A DNA stretch of 64,000 nt from an uncultured delta proteobacterium (GTDB lineage Bacteria > Desulfobacterota > Binatia > UBA9968): positions 160,001 through 224,000 of the forward strand of contig CAVUVW010000021.1 of NCBI GenBank assembly GCA_963745035.1, given 5' to 3'. Position numbers and translations under genes: made by a program. Positions within the stretch are counted from its first letter, which is position 1. Each line of letters starts with the position of its first letter. This document shows positions 20,225 through 30,837 of this stretch, in pieces. The notes beneath the pieces are model-generated. The model did no database searches and had not been told where the DNA came from. It saw only the letters and a program-made list of their open reading frames with translations.

Positions 20225-21511
20225 GTGCGCAAGGACATCGTCATCGTCGGGCTGAACCACCGCAGCGCGCCCATCGATGTGCGCGAAGGCGTCGCATTCG
20301 AGCATTCCTACGTTCGCACTGCGCTCACGCGCCTGCGCCAGTATCCGGCCATGGAAGAAGGCGTCATTCTATCGACGTGCAACCGGGTGGAAGTGGTTGC
20401 GGCGTCGGGCGACTGCCGGGCGGCTGGCGATGCGATCGGCGCCTTTCTTGACGGCCAGCGAGCCGAGCGCCACGGCGCGGCGCTCGACGGTCATATTTAT
20501 CGCCATCAAGGAAGCGAAGCGGTGCGCCATTTGTTTCGCGTCGCCGCCAGCCTCGACTCCATGGTCGTCGGCGAGCCGCAGATCCTCGGCCAGCTCAAGC
20601 AATACTATGACGCGGCGCAGGAGGCGGGCACAGTGGGGACGATTCTCCACCGGCTGTTTCATCGCGCATTCTCGGTCGCCAAACGGGTGCGCACCGAAAC
20701 CGGCATCGGCGCCGGCGCGGTATCGGTCAGCTCGGTGGCGGTCGATCTCGCCAAGCGCATCTTCGACCGCTTCGACGACAAGACCGTGATGCTGATCGGT
20801 GCCGGCAAGATGGGCGACCTGATGGCGCGCTACCTGCGGGGCAGCGGCGTGCAGAGCATGATGGTCACCAACCGCACCTTCGAAAGCGCGGTCGAGCTGG
20901 CGGAAAAAATTCAAGGCAGCCCGATTCGCTTCGAAGACTTCCCACGCTATCTCAAGATGGCCGATCTGGTCATCGGCTGTGCCGGAGCGCCGGACGCGGT
21001 GATCGACGCGCCGACGGTGGAGCGGGTGCTGCGCGAGCGCAAGCAGAAGGCGATGTTTTTCATCGATATCGGTGACCGGCGTAACTTCGACGCCAAGATC
21101 AACGATCTCGACAACGTCTATCTCTACAACATCGACGACTTGAAGAGCGTCGCCGAGGACAACCGGCAGGGACGCGCGAGCGAAGCGGAGAAGGCCGAAG
21201 AGATCGTCCAGGATGAAGTGCAGAGTTTTCTGCGCTGGATGGGGTCGCTGGATCAGGCGCCGACGATCGCCGCTTTGCGCGGTCGCTTCGAAGAGATTCG
21301 CCGCCAGGAAATCGAAAGATCGCTGGGCCGCGGCCTGAAAGACCTGTCGGCGGAGCAGCGCGCCGCGCTCGACGATCTCACCACCGCGATGATCAACAAG
21401 CTGCTGCACGGTCCGATCTCCCAGCTCAAGAAGAGTTCGCCGGACGAGGACGGGGACACGACGCTTTACGTCGCCGCGCTCAAGCGGCTCTTCGATCTGG
21501 AGGGCAAGTGA
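20225..21511 (+). CDS. hemA: Glutamyl-tRNA reductase
   Basis: VGLNHRSAP, LSTCNRVE, SLDSMVVGEPQILGQ and GAGKMG motifs. Confidence 0.96.
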   Translation: MRKDIVIVGLNHRSAPIDVREGVAFEHSYVRTALTRLRQYPAMEEGVILSTCNRVEVVAASGDCRAAGDAIGAFLDGQRAERHGAALDGHIYRHQGSEAVRHLFRVAASLDSMVVGEPQILGQLKQYYDAAQEAGTVGTILHRLFHRAFSVAKRVRTETGIGAGAVSVSSVAVDLAKRIFDRFDDKTVMLIGAGKMGDLMARYLRGSGVQSMMVTNRTFESAVELAEKIQGSPIRFEDFPRYLKMADLVIGCAGAPDAVIDAPTVERVLRERKQKAMFFIDIGDRRNFDAKINDLDNVYLYNIDDLKSVAEDNRQGRASEAEKAEEIVQDEVQSFLRWMGSLDQAPTIAALRGRFEEIRRQEIERSLGRGLKDLSAEQRAALDDLTTAMINKLLHGPISQLKKSSPDEDGDTTLYVAALKRLFDLEGK

Positions 21512-22419
21512 CGCGCCTGCGCATCGGTACGCGCGGCAGCGCCCTGGCGCTGGCGCAGGCAAACTGGGTGAGGGCGCAGCTTATGGAAAACCAGCCGGAG
21601 CTCGAAATCGAGCTCCGCATCATCAAGACCAGCGGCGACCGGTCGCTGGACACGCCGATTGCGGAGCTCGGCGGCAAGGGAGTCTTCACCAAAGAAATCG
21701 AGGAGGCGTTGCTCGCCGATGAAATCGATCTGGCGGTGCACTCGATGAAGGATTTGCCGCCGAAACTGCCGGACGGGCTGGTGATCGCCGCCGCGCCCAA
21801 AAGAGAAGATCCGCGCGACGTGCTGGTGACGCGGGGAAAGAGCGCTCTTGATGATCTTTGCGCCGGGACAAAGATCGGCACGGGCAGCCTACGCCGCCGC
21901 GCGCAACTGCTGCACGCCCGTCCCGATCTCGCCATCGTGCCGATCCGCGGCAACATCGATACCCGGCTGAAAAAGCTCGACGGAGGCCAAGTCGAGGGTC
22001 TGGTGATGGCGGCGGCGGGCTTGAAGCGCATCGGCCGTGAGGATCGCATCGGTGAATATCTCGCGGATGAGATTTGCGTAAGCGCAGCGGCGCAAGGCGC
22101 CCTCGGCATCGAGACCCGGGAGCAAAGTCCGGCGCGCGCTTATCTGGGGTTTTTGCATGACGAGGAGACATGGTCTGAAGTTGCCGCGGAGCGGGCCTTG
22201 CTCGATTGTCTCGGCGGCGGTTGTCATGTGCCGATCGGCGCACGCGCCCGGCGCAGCGCGGATAAGCTCAGCCTCGTCGGCATCGTCGCAAGCGCTGACG
22301 GGCGGCGTCTTTGCCGGAGCGAGCTCGCCGGCGCTGCCGGCGCGGCGGTGGAGCTGGGCCGCCGCGTGGCCGAGGAATTATTGCAGCAAGGAGCGGCGGA
22401 GCTGGTTGCCGCCGGGTGA
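21508..22419 (+). CDS. hemC: Hydroxymethylbilane synthase
   Basis: IGTRGSALALAQ, KGVFTKEIE, AVHSMKD and GGCHVP motifs. Confidence 0.96.
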   Translation: MTRLRIGTRGSALALAQANWVRAQLMENQPELEIELRIIKTSGDRSLDTPIAELGGKGVFTKEIEEALLADEIDLAVHSMKDLPPKLPDGLVIAAAPKREDPRDVLVTRGKSALDDLCAGTKIGTGSLRRRAQLLHARPDLAIVPIRGNIDTRLKKLDGGQVEGLVMAAAGLKRIGREDRIGEYLADEICVSAAAQGALGIETREQSPARAYLGFLHDEETWSEVAAERALLDCLGGGCHVPIGARARRSADKLSLVGIVASADGRRLCRSELAGAAGAAVELGRRVAEELLQQGAAELVAAG

Positions 22420-22435
22420 TTTTTTGAGCGGATCG

Positions 22436-23270
22436 GTGGAGCAAGACAACAGAACGGCGGGCGAAGACGCGCCGGAAAAACCGCTGGCGGGCGTGCGCAT
22501 CGTCATCACCCGGGCCGGAGCACAGGCCTCCGGGCTGGCGCGGCAGATCGAGAGCGCCGGCGGCGCGGTCATCGAGTTTCCGACCATCGAGATCCAGCCG
22601 CCCGAAGATTTTGCCGCTTTCGATGCCGCGATCGAGAATATCGAGCAATACGACTGGCTGATTTTTACCAGCGTCAACAGCGTCGCGCCGTTCCTTGCGC
22701 GCCTGCGCCGCGCGGGAAAAGTCGTCGGCGCGCTCGCTTCGCTTCACGTCGGCGCCATCGGTCCGGAAACCGCGCAGCGGCTGTCGTCGGCCGGCATCAC
22801 GGTTTCGCTGGTGCCCGAGCGCTATCAAGCCGAAGGTATCCTCGACGCCGTCAAACCCGAGCTGATGAAAGGCAAGCGCGTTTTGATTCCCCGCGCCGCC
22901 GAAGCGCGGGAAGTCCTGCCGGAAACGCTGCGCTCCTGGGGCGCCGCGGTCGAGGTCGTGGTCGCGTATCGCACCGCGCTTGCGCGAGTGGACGTCGCGC
23001 CGCTGGCCGATTTGCTGCGCGGGCGCGCAATCGACGCCATCACGTTCACGAGCTCGAGCACGGTGAAAAACTTTGTTCGTCTTTTCGACGGCAAGAGTTT
23101 GGCGGAGATTGCTGCGGCGGAGCGCGATCGCCTGCATCGGGCCGATCACCGCGCGCACCGTGGAAGAGGCCGGCGGGCGGCCGGCGATCGTCGCCGAAGA
23201 ATTTACCATCGCGGGGCTCACCCGCGCGATCGTCGCGCATTTTCGATCGGGAACGGTGCGCCGGACATGA
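22436..23270 (+). CDS. hemD: Uroporphyrinogen-III synthase (frameshift near 23120)
   Basis: [23 protein letters not shown] and FTSSSTV; CIGPITA appears in the shifted frame. Confidence 0.88.
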
Positions 23271-23304
23271 GCCCGCGCGCGGAATTGACAGGCTGGAGCG
23301 CTCT

Positions 23305-24288
23305 ATGAATTTTCCGATCTATCGGCCGAGACGCTTACGCCGCAACGAGAAGCTGAGAAACCTGATCCGCGAAACGACCTTGGAGCCGCGGAATTTTATC
23401 TACCCGCTGTTCGTCGGTCCGGGCAAGGACAAAGCGCAGCCGGTTTCTTCGATGCCCGGAATCGCGCAGCTCACCGTGGATCGCGTCGTGGGCGAATGCC
23501 GCGAAGTCAGCGCGCTCGGCATTCCGGCGGTGATCTTGTTCGGCATCCCGGAGCGCAAAGATGCGGCGGGGAGCGAAGCCTACGACGATCGCGGCATCGT
23601 GCAGCAGGCGATTCGCGCCATCAAAGAAACGGTCCCCGAATTGCTCGTCGTCACCGACGTTTGTCTGTGCGAGTACACCGATCACGGCCACTGCGGCGTG
23701 GTCCGAAACGGCGACGTCGATAACGACGCGACCTTGGAGCTGCTGGCGCGGGAGGCGCTGTCGCACGCGCGCGCCGGCGCCGATATCGTGGCGCCGTCCG
23801 ACATGATGGACGGGCGCGTTGCCGCGATCCGCAAGATCCTCGATGAGAATGATTTTGCCGGGACGCCGATCATGGCCTACGCGGCAAAATACGCCTCGGG
23901 TTTTTACGGTCCGTTTCGCGAAGCCGCCGAGTCCACGCCGCAATTCGGCGATCGCCGCTCCTATCAGATGGATCCCGCCAACGCCGAAGAAGCCCTGCGC
24001 GAAGTCGAGCTCGATATCCGCGAAGGAGCCGACATCGTCATGGTCAAGCCCGCGCTCGCGTATCTCGACGTGATCTACCGCGTGAAGCAGAAATTCGGCT
24101 ATCCGCTCGCCGCCTACAACGTGAGCGGCGAGTACTCGATGATCAAGGCGGCGGGTCAAAACGGCTGGATCGACGAGCCGCGCATCATGATGGAAGTTCT
24201 CTACGCCATCCGGCGCGCCGGCGCGGATATGGTGATCAGCTATTTCGCCAAGGAAGCCGCGCGGCTGATTGCGGACGGTCGAGGATAG
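23305..24288 (+). CDS. hemB: Porphobilinogen synthase
   Basis: [29 protein letters not shown] and MVKPAL motifs. Confidence 0.97.
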   Translation: MNFPIYRPRRLRRNEKLRNLIRETTLEPRNFIYPLFVGPGKDKAQPVSSMPGIAQLTVDRVVGECREVSALGIPAVILFGIPERKDAAGSEAYDDRGIVQQAIRAIKETVPELLVVTDVCLCEYTDHGHCGVVRNGDVDNDATLELLAREALSHARAGADIVAPSDMMDGRVAAIRKILDENDFAGTPIMAYAAKYASGFYGPFREAAESTPQFGDRRSYQMDPANAEEALREVELDIREGADIVMVKPALAYLDVIYRVKQKFGYPLAAYNVSGEYSMIKAAGQNGWIDEPRIMMEVLYAIRRAGADMVISYFAKEAARLIADGRG

Positions 24289-24346
24289 AAGATGGAGGAT
24301 GGAAGATAGCCCGCGATCCTCTATTCTCGATCCTCCATCCTCGACC
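24277..24346. repeat. Hairpin with arms of four 7-nt units (GARGATR / NATYCTC), possibly a bidirectional terminator
   Basis: GGTC-gaggata-gaagatg-gaggatg-gaagata...gatcctc-tattctc-gatcctc-catcctc-GACC between convergent genes. Confidence 0.75.
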
Positions 24347-24360
24347 CATTCCGAGCAGGG

Positions 24361-24621
24361 CTAAATCAGGTTCCACAGATCTTTGATCTTGCGCTGAAGG
24401 GTGCGCTCACATTCCGCCTCACGGCCGTCGCCGTGGACCTGGGAAGCGGACAGGCGGAAGATCAGCACGCGTGGCTCTTTCACCAAACGCACGATGTAGG
24501 TGTTTGAATCGGTCTCGAACTCCACGGTGACGCCGATGGCCGGATCGACGCGTTGCGCGATCTCCTGGGCCCACGACTGGAGTTCCGGAGACGCCGCGTC
24601 GCCGCGTTGCGCGCTCAACAT
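24361..24621 (-). CDS. Hypothetical protein
   Basis: 86-aa ORF filling the gap, with globular-looking composition; no motif recognised. Confidence 0.6.
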   Translation of the reverse strand: MLSAQRGDAASPELQSWAQEIAQRVDPAIGVTVEFETDSNTYIVRLVKEPRVLIFRLSASQVHGDGREAECERTLQRKIKDLWNLI

Positions 24622-24641
24622 CGATGGTTCGGCGCGTGCGG

Positions 24642-25640
24642 TTATTTCTTTTTGTAGAGCCCGTCGATAAAGCCGCTTTGATCGAGCTCTCGGATGAAGC
24701 TTGCGTCGATGAACTGCTCGGGCTTGGCGGTCTTGGCTCGCGGGTCGCGCTCGGCGATATCTTCGAGCACGGTCTTGAGCCCCTCGACGCTGGGGTATTG
24801 CTTTTTCGGATACATGGTCTCGGTCATGACGTTCTCGTAGCTTTTCTCCAGAGTCTCGCGATCGAGCCCGCTGCCCATGTACCGGCTCAATGCCTTGATC
24901 GTAATCTCTTTATCCGTCCACATTCTGTGCACGGCTTCGACATGCGAGCGCACGTAGCGCCGGACGATGTCCGGATGTTCTTTGATATATTTGCGCGTGG
25001 TGGCGGCGCCGGTATGCTGGAAAACCAGCCCCATTTTTGCCACATCGGCAATAGTCGCCAGCCCCTTCTTTTCGGCAATGAAGCTTGACGGTGGGTTAAT
25101 GACGGAGGCGCTCACTCGGCCGGTCAAGGCGGCGCTGAGCCTCTCGGGGCCGCTGCCGACTTGCACCAGGGTCACGTCTTTTCCCGGGGTCAAACCGATT
25201 CTTCGCAGCGCGAACCGGGCGATGGAATCGGTCGCCGACCCGAAGCGGCTGATCGCCACCGTGCCGCCTTTGAGCTGTTCAGCGGATTTGATTCCGGGCT
25301 TGCCCATCAAAACGTAGTTTAGCGAAATTATCCCCGCCGCGACAAAGACCGTATCGGAGCCGGCGAAGGCGCTGTTCACCAGGCCGGGTCCGGAAACCTG
25401 GGTGATCGGCACATCGCCGGAAACCAGCGCCAAAATCGCCGTGGTTCCGCCGGTGAAGAAAATCAATTGCGGATCGAGGCCGTTCTTGGCGAATATGCCG
25501 GACTCCTTGGCGACCCACGCGGGCAATTGATCCGCGCTCGCGGCGCTGTAGCCGACGTTGATCCGGGTTGTCTGGGCGTTAGCGGAGGCGCACACTGCGA
25601 GAAGCGCAATTCCGGAGCATAAGGAAACTATTTTCTTCAT
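24642..25640 (-). CDS. ABC transporter substrate-binding protein, NMT1/THI5/SsuA-like
   Basis: Signal peptide; QLKGGTVAISRFGS motif; QFIDASFIRELDQSGFI C-terminus. Confidence 0.88.
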   Translation of the reverse strand: MKKIVSLCSGIALLAVCASANAQTTRINVGYSAASADQLPAWVAKESGIFAKNGLDPQLIFFTGGTTAILALVSGDVPITQVSGPGLVNSAFAGSDTVFVAAGIISLNYVLMGKPGIKSAEQLKGGTVAISRFGSATDSIARFALRRIGLTPGKDVTLVQVGSGPERLSAALTGRVSASVINPPSSFIAEKKGLATIADVAKMGLVFQHTGAATTRKYIKEHPDIVRRYVRSHVEAVHRMWTDKEITIKALSRYMGSGLDRETLEKSYENVMTETMYPKKQYPSVEGLKTVLEDIAERDPRAKTAKPEQFIDASFIRELDQSGFIDGLYKKK

Positions 25641-25702
25641 GTTTATTCCCTGGGACGACTCTGATTTCATAAAAGATACTACAGGAGGGGCAGGGCACAG
25701 AC

Positions 25703-25736
25703 AAGAAAGCCCCAGCCGATGGGCCGGGGCTTTCTT
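25703..25736 (-). terminator. Intrinsic terminator downstream of the cytochrome c gene
   Basis: AAGAAAGCCCC...GGGGCTTTCTT GC-rich hairpin with a T-rich tail. Confidence 0.65.
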
Positions 25737-25763
25737 GAACACGACATTTCTCGTTCGAAGAAT

Positions 25764-26214
25764 TTACTCAGAATACTTATCGGCACGAAATGCTTTATGG
25801 CAAGAATTGCAGGTCTCGCCGAGTGCTTTGACCTTCGTGCCCACGTCGGCGTCGTTGCCGGCTTTCGCCGCCGCCGCGAGCTCACTTGCGTTCTTGCTCA
25901 GAGTCTTTGGCTTGCTTAACAAATTCTTCGTTCTTTTCCCAAATTTCGTCTTTAGCTTTGGTTTTGCCCGTGGTACTGCCTTTCGGGAATGCACTCGGAA
26001 TCTGATCCGCCGTGCCCATGATGTCTTTGGCTTTGGCTTCCACAGTGGCGTAGTTTTTCGATTCAACGGCCGCCTTAATTTCTTTCGCTGCGGCGCTTTG
26101 CGCTTTCATCAGCTTCTGCCGCTTCTCGATGGCGTCCGCCTGGGCAAACGCTTGAGTTGAAAACGCCAGAGCCGCAGCGCCAAACAGCGCTCCCGTCAAA
26201 AGTTTTCGCACCAT
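25764..26214 (-). CDS. Class II cytochrome c (c556/c-prime family; frameshift near 25900)
   Basis: Signal peptide; KRQKLMK, FPKGS and AKDEIW motifs; C-terminal CNSCH heme motif. Confidence 0.88.
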
Positions 26215-26252
26215 CGAAGAATTTCTCCTTTCCTGTTTGCTGCCCCGATTTT

Positions 26253-26811
26253 TTAGCTGCCCTTGTTGACTTTCTTCACTTCGTTCAAAAGTGCTTCGTT
26301 GAAAGCAGATCCTTTTCGCTATTGCTCGGCCGGATGTCCAAAAAGCGCACGATGCCTTCCTTGTCGATGATTACATAGGAACGCTTGGCGATGCGCCGCG
26401 GCTCATCGTATACACCGAATGCCTGCATCATTTTGGACTACGTGCGTCGCGGTCGCTCCAAAAGCGGATAGTTGATCTTGGCAAAGTCGGCAAAGGCTTT
26501 TTGCGAAAACAGCGCGTTGGCGCTGATGCCCAAAACTTCGGTATTCTCCGCTTGGAACTAGGGATAATTGTCTCGAACCGGACATCTGCAAATCCTTGAT
26601 TCATGTGGGGCTGAAATCGAGCTCGTAGAAGTTAATCAAGACGTTTTTGCCCTTGAGACTGCTGAGTTTCAATTTGCCGCCCTTGGAGCTTTCCAGCTCG
26701 AAGTCCGGCGCCTTTTCACCCACCTGAAGCGCATTGGCCAGTCCCGCCGACGGCAAAGACCAGCGAAAAGGCCATCGCAAGTACTGATAACTTTTTCCTG
26801 TTTGGCGTCAT
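26253..26811 (-). CDS. Secreted peroxiredoxin (AhpC/TSA, AhpE/BCP-like), predicted selenoprotein; several indels and one TAG
   Basis: Hand translation: signal peptide, LQVGEKAPDFEL, LKGKNVLINFYELDFSPT-TGA, EVLGISAN, INYPLL, AKRSYVIIDKEGIVR. The TGA at 26601-26603 is the peroxidatic position. Confidence 0.72.
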
Positions 26812-26892
26812 GGCGCTCTCCTTTTATTGGACGTGTATGGCTGGAATATATTCTACAAAGTGGATGCTTTATCTCGTACAAACCCAACAGTG

Positions 26893-27597
26893 TCAATCCC
26901 CCAATTTGGAGCTGTCCTTGTCCGCCCCATTTGGGGCAAGATCGAGTCCCTCGCGTACCGCGAGCACGGCGGCTTCGGTGCGGTTCTTGACGTCGAGCTT
27001 GCGAAAAAGCGTTTTCAGATGTCCTTTGACGGTCTCCTGGGCGATGCCGGTGAGATCGCTGATCTCCTCGTTGCTCAGCCCTTCGGTCATCAAACGGAGG
27101 ATTTTTACCTCCAAATCCGTCAATCCGAGGCGGGTAGCGGAGGTCGTCGCATGCGACGGCTTGTCGGTTGGGCTGAAAGGCTCGAACCCCTGTAATGACA
27201 GTTGCGCCAAATAGGGAGAGACTTGCGCCTTGCCCGCGTAAGTTTGCCGGATGATATCGATAAATTCGTCGCGATCGGCGTCTTTCAAAACATAGCCGAC
27301 CGCGCCGGCGCGAATCGCCGATCTGATCTTGTCGTCTTCGTGGTGTACGGACAGCATCAGCATTCTGGTTCGTGGCGAGATCGCGCGGATCAGCCGGATC
27401 GCCTTGATCCCGTCCATGCGCGGCATGTCCACGTCGAGAATCGCCAGATCCGGTTCGGTGTCGCGCGCGAGCGCGACCGCCTCCTGGCCGTTGGCGGCTT
27501 CCGCTACGACTTGAATGTCGGTGCCGGTTTCGAGCAGAATTTTGAGGCTCTGGCGAAACAGCCGTTCATCGTCGGCGATGAGGAGTCGGATCGGCAT
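26893..27597 (-). CDS. NarL/LuxR-family response regulator
   Basis: IADD, LDVDMPRMDG, GYVLK and HTH GLSNEEIS...TVKGH motifs; no adjacent kinase. Confidence 0.92.
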   Translation of the reverse strand: MPIRLLIADDERLFRQSLKILLETGTDIQVVAEAANGQEAVALARDTEPDLAILDVDMPRMDGIKAIRLIRAISPRTRMLMLSVHHEDDKIRSAIRAGAVGYVLKDADRDEFIDIIRQTYAGKAQVSPYLAQLSLQGFEPFSPTDKPSHATTSATRLGLTDLEVKILRLMTEGLSNEEISDLTGIAQETVKGHLKTLFRKLDVKNRTEAAVLAVREGLDLAPNGADKDSSKLGD

Positions 27598-27623
27598 AGG
27601 ACGCAAGCCCGAGCGAGTTGTTA

Positions 27624-30063
27624 TTATAAAGCCGCGCCCGGTTCAAGAACCAAATCGCCGCCGTGCTCCGCGCCGGTCTCCGCGGCCGTCAGGCTGATTG
27701 TTTTCCCTTCCGTCCACAGCCGGGTCTGATCCGCATAGTGAGTGGACCAGGGATGACCCGACTGCCCCGAGGGCAGGACAAAGTCGGAGCTTTGGCGAGC
27801 GCCCATCTCCGCGATGAAGCGCATCGAAGCGCCGACCGTTTGCGTGTAGGGGTTGGAATGGCGATAGAAGCCCAAGTTGACGGTCATGCCGTCGCCCGGC
27901 GCCGGCAGCGGGCCGATGGCCAGCAGGTTCTTGAGCACGGGAACGCGACCGAGCGAATGATTCAAATACAAGCTGTGAACCTTGCCCCAACGCCATCGTC
28001 CGAATATCTTCGCCCAACGCCTGCGCCAGCTCGGCGCACGCTTCGCGCAGCGCGAGCCTGACCAATGCGGCGCGCGAACGTTTGGCAAACCAGGGAGAGT
28101 CCGGGTCGGCCAGGATCCGATCGGTCGGCGCGATGCACTGATTCAAAATCTCGACGTAAGCGGGAAAAAGCTCTTCGCCCAAATCGGGAACGAGGAGATT
28201 AAAGAGCAGACGATGATGGAACACGTGAAAGATCGCCGCGGGTACGCTTGCCGTAGAGCAGCGCCCGTCCCAGGAAAGCAGAGCGTCCGCCGCATCGGCC
28301 AGCGCGGGAAGCTCGGCGCCGATTTGGGTCAGCTCGGCCTTGAGCGCGGCGATCAGCTCGCGGGCGTGGAGCGAGAGATCGTCGAGCTGCATGGCGCCGA
28401 GATCCTCGACCGTATGTTGCTCGCGCGACTGCAACAACTCGCCGATGCGGCGAAAGCGGTAGGGCGGTTCGAAGAAGTGAGAGAGATAATGCGGATAAGC
28501 GCCGTCGGCGATGCGGTTGTTGGCGGTGGCGATCCATCCCTCCGGCGGATTGTAAATGCGCGGCAGCTCGTCGAAGGAAATATAGCCGCGCCACTCGTTT
28601 TCTTCGCTCCATCCCGCCAGCGGCCGCAAAGTCGGAACGTGGGCGCGGCGCGGAATTTTTCCCGCCAGCGCATAGCCTATGTTGCCGGCGTGGTCGGCGT
28701 AGACGAAGTTCAAGCTCGGCGCGCCGTGGTGGCGCAGGCTTTCGCGAAACTCGCGCCAATCGGATGCGCGGTTGACGCCGTAAAGACCGCGCATCTCCTC
28801 GCCGGGCTCGTGCGCCGTCCAGCGCACGGACAAGACTTCTTCGCCGCGCCGCGGCATTTCGCTGAAGTCGCTGATCACTGGTCCGTGGCGCGTGCGGCGG
28901 ACGAGCCGCTCGATCGGCGCCGACCTCCTCACGGCGATCACTTCTCGGGTTATTTCGAATCTGCGCCACTCGCTGCCGACCAAGTAGCGGTCGGAGTCGA
29001 CGCGGTGCAGGCGCTCGCGGTAAATCTCGACGTCGTCGCAGACCGCGGCGGTGATGCCCCAGGCGATAGCGCGATTGCGGCCGATCTGAATCAGCGGGCA
29101 GCCGGCGATCGATGCGCCGCAGACTTCGTAGCCGTCCGCCGCGCCTGAGCGCTCCGCGCTTTTGAGATGCATCAAGTACCAGATCGACGGCAGGGTCATG
29201 CGTAGATGCGGATCGTTGCACAAGATCGCGCCGCCGCTTCGAGAGCGGCCTGGGGCAATTGCCCAGCTATTGCTGCCGCCGCCCGCGGGATGCCAATCTC
29301 CCGCCAGCCGCCATGCCGGTTGAGAAACGCCACACGGCTTGCGCTTGATCCCACAGTGGCGCGGGCGATAACCGGCGCGCCGGCCGGATAGCCGGGAAAC
29401 AGCGCTTGAAGCTTTGCCGGTTGGTCGCCGAGCTTCTCGGCGACGGCAAAAAAATTCAGGCGGCTGTAAAGTGCGGTCGAAAGCAGCAGCGCCAGACCCT
29501 TGCCGATGGTCAGCGTATCCTCAGCGCGCCAGGGCTCGGGTTGGTGGCGCAGCAGGCGAAACTCCCAGGGGAGCTTTTTGCCGCATTGCTCGATATAGCG
29601 GTTGACGCCGGCGCAGTAGGCGTCGAGCCGGGCGCGGAGATCTTCGCGAAAGAAGCGCGAGCGAACCCTGCGCGGCGACACGGATGCCGAGGAGCCGCAT
29701 GAAATAATCGAGGTCGGCGGAAGTGCGGCGGCGAAACTGCACCGATAGATCCTGCCAGGGCAACGGCAAGTCGCCGAAAATCTCCGCCATGCGCCCGCCG
29801 AGAAAGCGGCGGCTCAGCTCCATTTGCCAGAGCCGCTCCCGGGCGTGCAAAAATCCCTGGACAAAAAAAAGATCGGCTTCGTTGGCGGCCGACACCCGCG
29901 GGATGGCGAAGCGATCAAAGCGCACGGTCGCCGTCTGCTTGAGTCCCCGTAGGACGAGCTTGCCGCGATAAGTCGGCAGGGCCGGTTTGTCGAGACGGCG
30001 AAGATACGGGCGAAGGAGCGCCGCGCAGAGGGATGCGAAAAACCCGCTCCTGGGCAACTCCAT
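27624..30063 (-). CDS. Penicillin acylase family Ntn-hydrolase (several frameshifts)
   Basis: ARERLWQMELSRR, GSNSW nucleophile, NDPHL, TRHGPVIS and GQSG motifs across frames. Confidence 0.85.
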
Positions 30064-30095
30064 CGCCGGAAAATTCGTCTGGTAAAAAACTTCGC

Positions 30096-30698
30096 TCAGA
30101 GCACGGCTTTGACGGAGGGGCGCGCTTTCATTCTTTCCATATATTTGCCGAGACGGGGCAGCGACGGGTCGGGCAGAACGCCGAAGCCTTCCAGCCGGGT
30201 GAAGCGCGGCAGCAAGTCGGCGTCGACCAGCGAAAACTCGCCGGTGAGGTAGGGGTTGTCGCCGATCTCGGATTCGAACCGCTGCAGCAGCTTTTTGATC
30301 TCGCCTTTGGCGCCGTCGATCACCTGCTGGTTTTGCTCCTTTGCGTCTTTCATGAGCTCCATGCGAAGTTTTTGATACGGGCCGTCGAAGTGCGCCATGC
30401 CGTAGTCGACCAGGATGCGCGCGTTGGCTTTTTTCGCGGGCTCCTTCGGCAGCAGCGGCGGGTTGGGATACTTTTCCTCGAGGTATTCATTGATAATACA
30501 GGACTCGTAGAGCACGGTGTCGTCATCGGTCAACACCGGGACCTTGCCGTACGGATTGAGTTTCAGGTAGTCCGGCGTCTTTTGTTCGTGCGCGCGCAAG
30601 TCCACCGGAACGATTTCGTACTGCAGGTTTTTTTCCGCGAGAACTATTTTGACCCGCTGGCAGTTGGGCGACGATTTGAAATCATAAAGCTTGATCAT
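30096..30698 (-). CDS. Glutathione S-transferase family protein (SPNC type)
   Basis: KLYDFKSSPNCQRVKIVLAEK, NPYGKVPVL and LYESCII motifs. Confidence 0.92.
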   Translation of the reverse strand: MIKLYDFKSSPNCQRVKIVLAEKNLQYEIVPVDLRAHEQKTPDYLKLNPYGKVPVLTDDDTVLYESCIINEYLEEKYPNPPLLPKEPAKKANARILVDYGMAHFDGPYQKLRMELMKDAKEQNQQVIDGAKGEIKKLLQRFESEIGDNPYLTGEFSLVDADLLPRFTRLEGFGVLPDPSLPRLGKYMERMKARPSVKAVL

Positions 30699-30837
30699 GA
30701 TCCTTCTCCTTGCGCGTATTTTTCTGCCGCACTTATACTAAGATTTCATGCAAAGGAAAAGCGCACCAAAGCGTGCGATTTGCCTTGATCTGCCGGTGGA
30801 TTGATGTTAAGCGGATAGCACTGTTTTTCCTCGGCGG

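Noticed and set aside
23100-23130. Programmed frameshifting in hemD, dtd or ubiD
   Set aside because: No slippery-site plus stimulator structure seen; indels are scattered across unrelated genes.
19404-24288. ccsA-hemA-hemC-hemD-hemB as a novel system
   Set aside because: A familiar arrangement in deltaproteobacteria-like lineages.
26558-26560. In-frame TAG in the peroxiredoxin as pyrrolysine or readthrough
   Set aside because: Non-catalytic position in an indel-rich stretch, and no pyl genes; a base error or decay is more likely.
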